Assembly: GCF_006345805.1 (NCBI RefSeq)
Contig: NC_042998.1
Location: 151,218,001-151,282,000, forward strand
Direction of reading: 5' to 3'
Length of the DNA stretch: 64,000 nucleotides
DNA from: Octopus sinensis
Lineage: Eukaryota
The position numbers were made by a program, and so were the translations under genes. Below, one piece after another: positions 37,518 through 50,959 of this stretch. Under the pieces are notes generated by a model, which did not search any database, was not told the origin of the DNA, and was given only the letters and a program-made list of their open reading frames with translations. Position 1 is the stretch's first letter. Each line of letters opens with the position of its first letter.

Positions 37518-37730
37518 TGTGTATATGTTTGTGTGTCTGTGTTTGTCCCCGCCATCGCTTGACAACCGTTGCTGGTGTGTTTACGTCCCCGTCACTTAGC
37601 GGTTCGGCAAAAGAGACCGATATAATAAGTACTAGGCTTACAAAGAATAAGTCCTGGGGTCGATTTGCTCGACTAAAGGCGGTGCTCCAGCATGGCCACA
37701 GTCAAATGACTAAAACAAGTAAAAGAGTAA
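37198..37730 (+). mobile_element. Full composite tRNA-SINE: head, internal (TA)n(TG)n, body and CR1-like tail; head interrupted by a 78-bp insert
   Basis: Colinear with the inverted copy at 52811-53223; 15-bp duplication aagtagcttgcttac at 37220 and 37313. Confidence 0.92.
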
Positions 37731-38029
37731 AGTGTATATATATATATATACACACACAAGGTCCTCGGTTTTTTTTGTTTGTCTTTGTTGTCGTATACAT
37801 TCGCTTGCTTTTTTACAAAAATTCTAATGCTTTTTGTCTTAGACTTTTTTGGAGGCAACCAGATTGAACAGTGTAACTGCTCGAAATTGTAAGGACATTT
37901 GGTAACTTGACTGACGAAAGAAGGCCACGAATTTTTTTTCCTGTCCATCTAATTGTTGTTTCTCTTGTCCGCCTTTGTATCATCTCTCTGTCCGGATGCT
38001 TATTGTCCTCTATTGAGCTTTTGTTCCAT

Positions 38030-38060
<31 letters not shown>

Positions 38061-38071
38061 TATATATATAT

Positions 38072-38140
<69 letters not shown>

Positions 38141-38707
38141 GTGTGCGTGTGTGTGTGTGTATGTATGTATATATACATAAATATTATGTATACACGCACA
38201 CACAACACACACACACACACGCGCTGACCCACACGCACACACACGTACGCATACACACACATACACGCGTGCATACAGACACACACACACACACACATAG
38301 ACACACGCTCACACACACACACACAACACATACAGTCTAGTCAATTGAGCACGAATGCTCTGCTTAAGAGAGGCATGGTTTCCCTTTTCCCTTGTACTGC
38401 ATAATCTCAGACTCCAACGAGTCACTCGCCTGCACAGTGTTATCTATTGTTATTCGTACAGATTCTCAGGGCACTTACTGATTTCTACTCTGGGGTAGCA
38501 ATATATCCTGTGCGTTCTCGCAACAATTTGTTTGTTGGTCGATGGTGGAGAGGTTTTTTTACGCCTTCGCCTCCCAATGGGAGTAATATTAAGTGATTAA
38601 AGTTTGGGGTTCATTAGATGAAAAATATAACGGTGTAAATTACATGTATGTATGTGCATGAGCATGTGTTTTAAGGATGTATGTGTATGTATATATATAT
38701 ATATACT

Positions 38708-39035
38708 TACTTTGATACTTTGATAGGTTTCGGCCATTATTGGCCCAGGCCATGTCTAACTTAATAGCACCACCTGGTGAAGTCTTTCAAGTCAGAATTT
38801 GGGCACTATGGCCCACTGAAGTAGAGAGTTATTGTTTACAGAGACATATCCGGGTGTAGGGGGTTTATCCGGGATTCCTTGAAGGAATCTGTCCAAATAC
38901 TTCTTGAACCCTATAGGGTCAGTTTCTGTTTTAATGTGTTTTGGTGTAATGTTAAAGAGAGCGGGGCCAATTGAGGTGAAATAATTGTGCCGTATTGTTG
39001 TTATGAGATGAGAGTGCGATTTTTGTTTTGGGCGG
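38708..39035 (-). mobile_element. CR1/L2-group LINE 3' end
   Basis: RHNYFTSIGPALFNITPKHIK..FKKYLDRFLQGIPDKP..NSLLQW*, then a short 3' UTR and a short-repeat tail. Confidence 0.88.
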
Positions 39036-39039
39036 ATGG

Positions 39040-39072
<33 letters not shown>

Positions 39073-39081
39073 TATATATTA

Positions 39082-39133
<52 letters not shown>

Positions 39134-39238
39134 ATGTATATACATACATATAATATATATATATCATGAATGCATACATGCATGGATATCTATCACTCTC
39201 TATCTCCCCCTCTCTCTCTCTAACTCCCCCGTACATAA

Positions 39239-39281
<43 letters not shown>

Positions 39282-39330
39282 TATCGTTGGCGATTTTCTT
39301 TTCCGTCTTCACTTCTTGAACTTTTTCTAT

Positions 39331-39365
39331 ATTTCTGACGAAGAGCTCCGCTCGAAACGTGAAAT
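39331..39365 (+). ncRNA. Minimal type I hammerhead motif (family B) with intact CUGACGA/GAAA core but G at the cleavage position
   Basis: ATTT CTGACGA A GAGC-tcc-GCTC GAAA CGT G AAAT. Confidence 0.7.
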
Positions 39366-39452
39366 CTTTCTTTTCTTCCTTTCCTGAGCGTCCAATAACA
39401 CATTACTTATTCCACGTCCTCGTGTTGTTTTTTCTTGCTTGTTCATGTTTGG

Positions 39453-39494
<42 letters not shown>

Positions 39495-39548
39495 ATCTAT
39501 CTATCTATCTATCTATCTATCTTCTATCTATCTATCTATATATATATC

Positions 39549-39584
<36 letters not shown>

Positions 39585-39984
39585 ATATATATATATGGTA
39601 GTTGAATGAATTATCTTATTAAGGATATAATCGAAAGATAACCGATAACCTGGTAGCAAATTCACATCAGAAAGAACCACGGTTGAAGTTACGTCCCTAG
39701 GGCATAGACTACGTGCTTTCGTGCGGAAATTTGTATGTTTATTTTAAAAATATAAGATGAGATCGATTGCTTTCGTTCGTTTGTAAACAAGAAATATAGC
39801 AGCATTGGCGTTAGCAATAGTAATAATGATAATAACATTAACCAGATTATTAACAGTGGTGGTAATAGTGGTAATAGTAACAGCATTCTTAATAACAGTT
39901 ATATTATTGATGATAACAATCGCAGCATTCCCATAAAGCCAGGGAATTTACCGACGATATTACGACTAATAGTAATGATAATAA

Positions 39985-40455
39985 GATGAATAGTATCATG
40001 GCCAAAGCCAACAACAATTTTTACACCTATCACAACAATAAAAACTCTGTCTTAGTATCGGAAACCTACCCCAACAGATTAAAGTTCTTATCCAAAAATT
40101 CCAAAATTAGAAACACCACTTACCAATGCAAAATTACTTCTGGAACCGATGTCTACTTCTACATTGGCGCAACCCCTTCTAAATTAGCCCAAAGGATCCC
40201 AACCATTATTCTACTTTCAGAGATAAGAGAAAGCAACACAGCACGGGGCTAAGCAAATTAGTCTGGCGTCTGAAGAACAATAATACTACTTTCAAGCTGG
40301 AATGGTCCATTTTGTCGGTGTCCTTCCCGTTTGATAAGGGCAGAAAATTTTGTGGCATCTGTAATTCCGAACTTTTTCATATTTTGTTCGCCAAAGTCTC
40401 TTTAATAAATACAATCGTCGAAAGGTCCTATAGGTGTTTACACTGGAAACGACAC
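39985..40455 (+). mobile_element. Degenerate PLE GIY-YIG endonuclease region
   Basis: TYQCKITSGTDVYFYIGAT; GLSKLVWRLKNNN..LEWSIL..FCGICNSE..ILF. Confidence 0.8.
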
Positions 40456-40507
40456 ACCTTTCATTCATATGAATAGTGACTAATATAGATAACCCCCCGA
40501 TTTCCAA

Positions 40508-40621
40508 AATTTAAAAGCTTCGAGGGAATAAAATAATTTTTAACGGCGCAACCGAAGGAGGTAAAGCTAAACCATAGCGAGTAAATAAATATTGGATGAA
40601 AATAATAAATAATATATATAT

Positions 40622-40660
<39 letters not shown>

Positions 40661-41713
40661 CTATATATATATATATATATATGTTTGTATTATGTAGTTG
40701 TATGTATGTATGTATGTATGTATGTTAGTATGTATTATGTATGTATGTATGTATCAATACACAAACACACACACATATTTCTTGTTTACCAACGAACGAA
40801 AGCAGAATCGATCTCATTATATTACTCATACGCATATATACTATATATATAAGTATATATTACTGTATGACACACACACTCACACAATAGTAATCATACA
40901 GACACGCACTCACACATATACACACATTAATTATATAATTAGAATGCCATATAAAGCTAAATTGATTGGTAAAGAAGCCCCTGTAGCCTGTAGATGGCCG
41001 CTTAACTTGCTAGAAACCGCAGTTAAATGTCCCTTACTGTATCAACGCAAGAAGTATATAATGGAAACTGTAGCCTCACCATCTTTACAAAACAAATGGA
41101 ACGCCACCGATGGAACGCCTTTCCTTATAGTTCTGCGCGATTAGAGCCAAAAGTAAACCAACAGAAACGATCTGCCACCAAACAATATCTGTGACGATGG
41201 CGACGACGACGACGGCGACGAGAATGACAAAGGGACGAATGGTTACAGAGAGTACAGCAGTTGTACTGGGTATTTATCACCACCATCATCATCATCGTTA
41301 TCATCATTGTCGTCGTCGTCGTCGTCATCAATATCGGCGGCGGCATCATCATCATCGTCATCACCACCACCACTGTGGCCACGATCGGTAGCCGTTTTAA
41401 TAATCATCTCCATTACCAGCAGTACAAGTAATGGGAGCGTAGAGCAACAACATCTTCAGCAGCAGCAGCATGAACAGTTGCGGCAGCAGCATGAACAGTT
41501 GCGGCAGCAGCAGTAGAAGCGATGACGGAACTGTTAATAGCAGCAGCAACAGTAGCAGCAGTGATAATAGCAGCATCGACAGCAGCAGCAGCAGCAATGT
41601 CAACAACATTCGTTTCATTGTTTTGTTGGATGTGGACATGCAAAGTCTCAAGTATTTTACTGAAGAAAAATGTGATGCTGGGAAGCCTTCAATCTTCAGT
41701 CAAGAACGGATCA

Positions 41714-41747
<34 letters not shown>

Positions 41748-42222
41748 ATATATATATAATATATACACACATACACACACCCACATATTCAGGAATCGAG
41801 TCATTTGATTAAAATCCTTCAAGGCAGTGCCCCAGCATGGCCGCAATCTAATGACTGAAACAATAAAAAGGAAAAGAAAAGATTTGGTGCAACTACAAAA
41901 GCTTTAACGAACAACCGTGATACAAAACATCTTTCGCATATAAATATATATCAATTTTATTTGAATTTTGAAAATGGTGCGAGCGTGTAAGGCAATGTTA
42001 TGTTGCGATGTCCAATGCGTTAAGCAACGGCATTAACAGTGGTGGGGAAGTAGCTTGAATCAACGAAGATTCGCAACGGTAAAAACCATATATCTTTTAT
42101 CTTTTCCTTTTTACTTGTTTCAGTCATTAGATTGCGGCCATGCTGGGGCACTGCCTTGAAGGATTTTAATCAAATGACTCGATTCCTGAATATATGTGTG
42201 TGTGTATGTGTGTATATATATA

Positions 42223-42264
<42 letters not shown>

Positions 42265-42790
42265 TATTATTATATATATATTGATCCGGTTCTTGACTGA
42301 AGATTAAGGCTTCGAATGTCCTGTCCGTGTTTTTTGTATCGTCTTCTAAATGTTTTGCGTTCTCATCCCAGTTTGTATTTTTCTACATTTCTTATATATA
42401 TAAGAATTTTTTGCGTAATGAGATAAAAAAGCCAAGGCGGTTTCTAGCAAGTTAAGCGGCCATCTACAGGCTACAGGGGCTTCTTTACCAATCAATTTAG
42501 CTTTATATGGCATTCTAATTATATAATTAATGTGTGTATATGTGTGAGTGCGTGTCTGTATGAGTACTATTGTGTGAGTGTGTGTGTTCATACAGTATAT
42601 ATATACATATATATATATATATTATATGCGTATGAGTAAATAAATGAGATCGATTGCTTTCGTTCGTTTGTAAACAAGAAATATGTGTGTGTGTTTGTGT
42701 ATTGATACATACATACATACATACATACATACATACATACATACATACATACATACATACATACATAACAAACATATATATATATATATA

Positions 42791-42829
<39 letters not shown>

Positions 42830-42959
42830 ATATAATATATAATATATATTTATTTATTATTTTCCATCCAATATTTATTTACTCGCTATGGTTTGTAGCT
42901 TTACCTCCTTCGAGTTGCGCCGTTAAAAATTATTTTATATCCCTCGAAGCTTTTAAATT
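40508..42959. repeat. Nested inverted duplications: 40508-41020 vs 42437-42959, and 41682-41883 vs 42092-42313
   Basis: Locus-specific junctions are mirrored, e.g. gaatgccatataaagctaaattgattggtaaagaagcccctgtagcc and catatattcaggaatcgagtcatttg; differences are mostly 1-3 nt indels. Confidence 0.92.
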
Positions 42960-43658
42960 CTTATAACGTAAACAAGTATATATATTCGTATACACACACA
43001 CACAAACACACACACACATACACACAGAGCATATATGCGTGTATCTGTATGTATTTATATATGTCATGTTACTCATAGTGCAACAAGTAACGTGTAACCC
43101 AGTACAACCTGTCATTTATTCGGACCGTCAGTGACAAAACTGGCAACCCTACCAAGCTTGCTTGGTTTGCGTTGGACACTCTCAGAACGAAAAACAAAAC
43201 CCGTCAAAGGACCGATAAATTCGTGTTAGTCAACGGGAGTTAGAACTCTAGTCTTTGTTTTCGATATCTCGCTGGGAACGGGAAGTTCCGAAATAACATC
43301 CACTTCATTTCGGAGCCGGAGATCTTTTACGTATATATGTACGTAACTGAATACTCACGTACATAGCAACATACATGCCTAGATGCATACATATATACAT
43401 AGGTGCAGGAGTGGCTGTATGGTAAGTAGCTTGATTACCTACTTCCCATGAGTCTCTGTTGTCAGTGTACGCATGCGTCATTGTGTTGTGCACTGAAGAA
43501 GATAGCCGGCAGTGTTTAGCCTGCCAAAAGAAGCTGCTGCAAAGTAAGACTTTTGTCTCTTGGGTCCAGTGTGGGTTGTTGTCTGTGGTCATATTTTTTT
43601 ACAAACAAGGAGTCCTTACTGGGTTCAAGATGTTGGTCTGCGTGCGGTTCAGCAGTAT

Positions 43659-44456
43659 TGTTCACATTAAGTGAAATTTTTTTTTCTCATTGTGAGAAGT
43701 ACAGTTTGGGGGCGTATCCTTCAACCAAAAGTTGTTCACTTTTTAATAGCGTATGTTTTTACGACATTTACGATTTATTGGAAAGCTGTATTTCAAGTGT
43801 TCACATGAAGTGAAAGTTTTTTCTCATTGTGAGAAGTATAGTTTGGTGACATATCTTGCCACCAAAAGTTGTTCGCTGTTTGTAAATAGTGTGTGTTTTT
43901 ACAACTGTGTTTACCGATAATTGGAAAGCTGTATTTCAAGTGGAGCAGTTCAGGTTCTAATCGGAGTACCATAGGGCTTGGAGTACCTGAATGCTCTGCT
44001 GTGCTTTGTTGAACTGTTGTTTTCTTCTTATTGAACTGTTTGCTTTTTCTCTTCTTCCTTTTTGTTTCCTTTTGATTTCTCTCTTTTCTTTTTGAAATTT
44101 GTGAACTATTGTTTTGGACTTTTTACTTTTTAATTTAAAACATGGCAAAAAATTCGGATAAGATTGTAGAGTGGGAGATTGTTCCAACTAAGAAGTGACT
44201 CAGACAGCAAGAGGAGAGGATGATGGTGTTCAGAACGTATTCGAAGGTTCTCGACACCATTGCCGTCTTCTCCAAGCAGATGATTGAGCAGGAGTTGGCG
44301 GAACATCTGCCAACCATTAAGTATATCTCTAGGGGTGTCAAATATGCAACGGTGTGGTTGCTGTTCGACACCCCAGAGAAGGCTCGCAGTTTTGCGAGCC
44401 AGCTCGTTGAGGGTAAAGAAATTTTGCTTCTTCCCTCTTATTGTGGGAAAAATTAA
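43659..44456 (+). mobile_element. 5' portion of a second Tx1-like LINE: ~139-bp tandem repeats, then the ORF1 start (ATG at 44142)
   Basis: IKYISRGVKYATVWLLF..LLPSYCGK is homologous to ORF1 at 14540-14680; the upstream units start at 43659 and 43798. Confidence 0.7.
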
Positions 44457-44617
44457 CGAAACAGATAGAAAACGGTGAAGGAGGGAGGGGGAAAAGGAAA
44501 TTAGAGAAAAATGGAAGAAGAAAACAGTATAGAGAAGTCAGTCGCATCAAAAAGGTGAAGATAAACTTACTTGGAAATGGATGCTTGGCGTTCAATTAAG
44601 TAATAAATAGGAAATGA

Positions 44618-44649
<32 letters not shown>

Positions 44650-44739
44650 ATAAAATAATATATAAATATATGCATATATGCATACATATATGTACATACC
44701 TACATCTATATGTATATATACATGCATATATGGGTACAG

Positions 44740-45240
44740 GACATAAAAAAAACGTTGAACACAATGAGAAACGAAAGCATAAAAGCAAAAACATGGAAAC
44801 AAACTTTTTTTCAAACAACAAAAGAACAGAGTACAAGACATACAACGCAAGGAATATTACCCTTCTTCAGTTGTCCCTGTTTCGTCTACTCCGCGTTCTG
44901 AAGGTAAGGACAAGACGCGACTTTGTTGAAACATTCCTTCCCGCAAAGCAAACTATATAAAATTTGGGATTTTGTAAAAGTGGTAACAAGTAAGAACAAA
45001 AAAGACAGTAAAAACAATAAAAGTAAAAACAGTAAAAGACAGAGCAAAGAGAATAACACAGTAAAAGCAAAAGATGTAAAAATTAGTTTGAACGCATGAG
45101 GAGACAGCTTATTATGAGAGAGATAGGATAAGCAGTTTTATATTAGTGAAGATAGCAGTCGGAAAGATGGCTTCCCTCTGGTCACGTGTCAGTGACGAGA
45201 GTCGAGGAGGAGGAGGAGGAGGAGGAGGAATAAGAGAGAA
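44740..45240 (-). mobile_element. Repeat family D copy
   Basis: Colinear with 32420-33050. Confidence 0.65.
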
Positions 45241-45502
45241 GGAACAGTGAAGGAGAGAGGAGAAGAATATATGCATATATGGGTACAGGGCGTTACCAAT
45301 GGTTCAAACCACATGAAATACGTAAACAACGAGAAAAAATGGAAGACAGGACAAGGAAACACAGAGAAATGGCCCTTCATCAGTTGTTGGCTGTCTATCT
45401 ACTCCTCATTTTGAGCATTCAATGACAATATGAGTCTTCAAAGACAGTTGCTCCCATAAATTCTAAAATAAAATTTAGGATTTATGGCGAGTCAAAGTTG
45501 GG

Positions 45503-45544
<42 letters not shown>

Positions 45545-45830
45545 ACTCTTTCCCTCTCTCTTTCCCTCTTACACTTTCTCTCTCTCCCTCTTACTCTTTC
45601 TCGCTCTTTCTTTGTCTCCCTCTCTCGCTGTTCACACGCGACCATTCTCCATCTTTCTTTTCCTGCACGGACGTTCAAAAGATCGGACGCTTTTTCTCTC
45701 TCTCTTCCATCTTTTCTCTTTTCAAAGAAATGTTTCTCACCGTTCACTATTTTCCTCTGGTGGTGGTGGGAGTTAGGAGTGAAAAGGAGAGGATGAGTTT
45801 TTATGTGGTTGTCACTATATAAGTGACATA

Positions 45831-46560
45831 TCAGTCACTGTATAAGTGACTCTCGATATCGAAATAGTCTCCTTGTCTTTTTACTGGAGGTCTTTTAGAT
45901 CGAAAATTAAAGATAATAATAAGACGGTATATATTAAAATTAAACTCTATACCTTTGACCGTGCTGTAGCCTCCAGTAACCGAATCTACTTGGGAAGCGC
46001 ACAGGGCAACGAAACAAACAATCAAAAGTTTTGCTCAGTGTCTGTACACTATGATTTATGGATTTATGCGCAACCGCTACGGTCACGGGCTGGATTCCAC
46101 GAACGACTCCGCCAACTCTATCCTGAAGAACGAACTACCGACTTCCTTTAGAAATAGTCTGTTAATTTTCTGTCTGATGTCTATGACGAGCGATTTTGAG
46201 TGGTTGTCACGGTTGTAATGTGCGAGGACGGAGTTTTATATCTAATGCCAAATCTCTTGTAGATGAAGGCAAGTGTAGATAGGGTGTACTACACCCTCTC
46301 CCACGTGTAGATTTTATGAAAGGTGAGAGAGATAGAATAGAAAAATGGAGTGGTGGTACTGCATTACTGTGGTACTAATTATATCTGTATGTTAGCGCAG
46401 TAAAAACGGCATGAAAGAACTTGAAAATAATGTGACAGGAAATTCCTGGGTCGCATGTGTATGTGTGAGTTGGGTACGATGAATTTATAAGGCTTACCAT
46501 CTATTTAGTCAATCCTTTCTTGCTTTGTTGACTGGGTAATTTCGTTGTAAGAATTTTCTT
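45831..46560 (-). mobile_element. Possible highly decayed PLE RT N-terminal region
   Basis: Only weak motif echoes: GDYFDIESHLYS (FDIESLYT-like) and IQPVTVAV..LSKTFDCL (RPIVS..LS..LD-like). Confidence 0.3.
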
Positions 46561-47842
46561 GTCAATTGTTATTGGTTCTTTTATTGTTAAGGCGGTGTTA
46601 TATAAAAAAAAAGCTCCGAAATATCCATCCGTTGATGGATACTTCTACTCACGAAAGATCAAGTTCGTGATTATTTGACGAGAAGAAGTACAATGAAGTA
46701 CAAAGTACCGTTTATCGTTTTTGCTCGTGGAGGTACGGCAAATAGGATGCGAGTTAAAGCACTCTGAAAATAAATGAAGGGTACTTAGTCCTATTTTACC
46801 CGTTTTTGCTTTATGTTAACGCTACTTAAACTGTAGAAATGTAGAAGTTATATCCACAACAGTTGGAATGCCCGAATCAATGTGACAGTCAGCATTTCTT
46901 GTCCTGTGTCTATTTTTATGTTGAATACCTAACCTTATAAGTTTGGTCGGTAGAGGTCAGCACTACACCAAAAGGCAGTACAACTGCTAATTTGTTAAAT
47001 GCTTTGTTGGCATACAGTTCTAAGATTAGGTTCTTTAGAAGATAAAAATGTAATCAATACGTTAGTTTATTAATTTTCTATTCAAGTTTATTGCTGTTTA
47101 TTATTCATCAGCTGGCATATTAACGAAGTATTTTATTGCTAACAGAATTATCATAAGCATTCAGGAGCACATAATGGGGTGGTGTAAGCTTCCAGCTTGT
47201 CGATTCTGTTTACATCCTGTATATCCATCAGGATTTATTTCATTGATGGGATTTGCTTAGTAGAATTTGTTTTAGTTATGGCATTTTGACATTAGCTCTG
47301 ACTTTTTGTTTCTGTTTAGTTATATAGTGTATTTTTGCCGTACAAAGTTGGTATTGCCCTTGTAGAATCTATGCGTCTAGTGATTTAGTTATCAATATGA
47401 CCGGAGATTTTACCTGCGCTCCATGCATAATGTTTTATCCATTGATGTTTCATTGTTTTTACGTGGAGCTGATGGCAATTATTTGTCCTTAATTTCTAAC
47501 TATTCATTTGAAGATTCTGTAAAGTGCGTAGTAGCCTACTTTAAAAAGAAGGCCTTTCAACAATTTTGCAGGTAGAACAGTTTGAAAGCCTTGCTTCCAT
47601 GGTGGGGATCATACAGATATGACGGTGGTCATGCAGGTGACTTCCTTCACCTATTGCACTCACTGTTCTTAATCCATACTGCTGCAGTTACATGGCAGAC
47701 TATGAGCAAAATAAGAATAACGTACCGTCTTTAATGGATCAGGAGTAATATACATTTCCTTTAAGAACTACAAGATGTTTAGATCACTTATTCATGAGGT
47801 GAGATAATGTGCTTTGTGAGCATATATAGATACATATGTATG

Positions 47843-47876
<34 letters not shown>

Positions 47877-48019
47877 TGTATGTATGTATGTATGTATGTA
47901 TGTATGAATGTATGTATGTATGTATGTATGTATACATAAACATATACATATATTTTAAAAAACTAATGGCTACATGCTAAGGTCTACAACTTCTAGAGAT
48001 ACCAGTGTAACCAATAATT

Positions 48020-49300
48020 TCTTTGTGGATGACCTCATGATCTATGTTGAAAATATTAACAATCCCTACCCTCAAAAACTAAAGTTAATAAGATTTTAAG
48101 TAAATAAATTTTCAGCTGACATAGAAATGAAATTTGGGCAAAAGAAATGTTCATATTTGATTGTTCTACACAAAGAATGCTACAAAATACCTAGGCATTA
48201 ATGAAAAAGTCATACGAAAATGCTCTGAATAAAGAGTGACCCGAGAATATTGCACCAAACGTAGAAATATATTGCAATCGAAACTCTCTCCTCTTACAAG
48301 ATAATATCTTACAATGTATTTTCGGTACCAATATTCATTCCAACATTTGGGATACTTGACTGGTATGTAGAAGAAATCTATTCCATAGACATTAGAGAAT
48401 GTTAGACTTCGACATCAACTGAAAGCATCCACAGAAATAGCAATATCGACAGCTCAGCCTAAGAAGAAATGAAAAAGGTTGAGATTTGAGATCAGAGCAA
48501 GCAGCCTTCAAAAGTCTAGTCTCTCTCAAACAACGCTCGCTAAACAACAACAACACAAACAGATTCATAAACTTAGCACTGGAAAGCGAAGAGAACACCA
48601 TCCTACGTGTGGGCAGTGAACTCCTCAGGAAGCACTCTCTTCCTGATGTCTTCCTATACAATCTCCAAACAGCTGTACTAACATGCCTCAAAGAAGACCC
48701 AGATGTGAAACACGCAGCATACAAAAATAAATGTTTGCATACATCACATAACATTTCGAAGGCTGTGCATTTACAATCCAAGAGCAGGAAACAGGTATAA
48801 ATCTCCAAATCAACAAAAGAGACAGTGAAACCCTTGGAGTGTCGAGATGCAACCGTAACTGTAGATTATGGCATATTTCTGTGGAAGACATCATTCATGT
48901 GATTAACAGCTGCCTAAAAAATGTCTTCCAATGTGACACAACATTGTTACTAAAACAAAGACTGTCCAGGGATAAATATACAAAATCCCCTTGTAATTGA
49001 ATACACACACCAACACAAGGAATATCGTCAGAACATTCCCATCAAAACTTATATCAAATGCAAAGGTATCAGGTCTGATATTGTTGTTTGGGACAGACAT
49101 GGTAAAGAATGTAGAGTAGCAGAGGCCAGCTGCTTTGCTGATCTGAAAATCCCTTAAAAAATTAGAGAAAAGCTACAGACAACTGCTTCTCTATCCGGAG
49201 TATAAATTCACTTTTATATCAATTAAAATTGGCGCACTTGGTTTTGTGAGTAAGTGCCTAAAGTGACAATTTGCATAAGCTAGAATTTTCAGAAAAAAAA
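48020..49300 (+). mobile_element. Ancient RLE-type (R4-like) LINE, heavily decayed
   Basis: FVDDLMIY (YMDDLKLY-like), DIEMKFGQKKC, RNCRLW..EDIIHVINSC (CCHC), RSDIVVWDR..CRVAEAS (PD-(D/E)xK), in the correct order. Confidence 0.82.
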
Positions 49301-49608
49301 ATCAGCCTTTCTCATGTTCAACAAATGGCATCGCTTTTGTTTTAAACATTTCAATAATGCTGTTTTGTGTCTTTACTGAGAACCAGCCCTTCTTTACAAT
49401 AAGACTTCAAATAATTGAAACTAGAAGAGAATACACACACACCACACACACACACACACATGCAAGCATAATTACATATGTACGTACATAGACCTCACAC
49501 ACACGCACACACACACAGCTGGAGAATTATGCTTATTTATATTTTATGGACTTTAGTATGAGATCATGGATCTAATAGGAAAGAGAAGACAGGAAAATTA
49601 TACACACA

Positions 49609-49658
<50 letters not shown>

Positions 49659-49667
49659 TAGATATAT

Positions 49668-49764
<97 letters not shown>

Positions 49765-49765
49765 A

Positions 49766-49801
<36 letters not shown>

Positions 49802-50162
49802 CCATCAAATCGAGGATTTGTTTTAAGGATGAGGCTAAAACTTCAAGATTGACCTCCTCAAATGTGACCCGAACGACCTAAGAAAGGTCAAGTGTCAAAG
49901 CAATGAAGTGTAAAGCAGAAAATCCAATAACCACATTCCAGAGGCGGTCGACTGTGAAATTGTGGCTGCTGCTGATATTTACACACACACGTACACATTC
50001 ATTCACTCTCTCTCTCTCTTTCTCTCTCTCTCTTTCTCCCTCCCATTCATTTCTTTTCCTCTTTAATTTTCTAACATATCACTTCTTTTCTCATTTTCAT
50101 ACTGTCTGTCCGTCTCTCTCTCTCTCTCTTTCCGACATTCCTTTTCCGAGTCTCTCTCTCTC

Positions 50163-50330
<168 letters not shown>

Positions 50331-50606
50331 ATGTATATAATATAAATAATTATATATATATTTTTTTTATTTCCTACTTTCTACTCATCTTTCAATTCGT
50401 GAATCAGTCTCCCCCTTTCTCTTTCATCTCTCTCCCTTCATATGCCTGCGTGCGCGCGTACGTGTGTGTCTGCGTGAAAGTTGTGTTTGTGGATGTATAA
50501 TTTAGGTGGTGAGTGACGTATTAAAAAAATTCTGGTGGTAGTTGTTCGAAAATCTCCAAGAAATGTCTATATGTTTATGCACATGTTCACTTGTTTCTGT
50601 GTGTGT

Positions 50607-50650
<44 letters not shown>

Positions 50651-50959
50651 GTGCGAATGTGCGTATGTGTGTGTGTATGTGGGGGGGGGGGGGGGTAAAT
50701 ATATAAAGAAATCAACCGATTACTGCGGTAAATACGTGTAGCAATTACACCACGCTACTCAAAATCGCAGTATTTGAATATAGAAACGTATAAAATCGGT
50801 AATAGAGTCTTGTCTTTGAAAAATACTAATTTAAATTTTTTCCTCATTTTTCTGAAATAATTTACAGAAATAAATAAATAAAATGAAAAAGATCTGAAAA
50901 TTGATCTACAAAAGGAAATAATTGATTTACAACGACTTAATTTTCTGAATTACATATTA

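Noticed and set aside
43130-43151. TAGGGTTGCCAG-like transposon end on the minus strand
   Set aside because: No matching second TIR or TSD was found.
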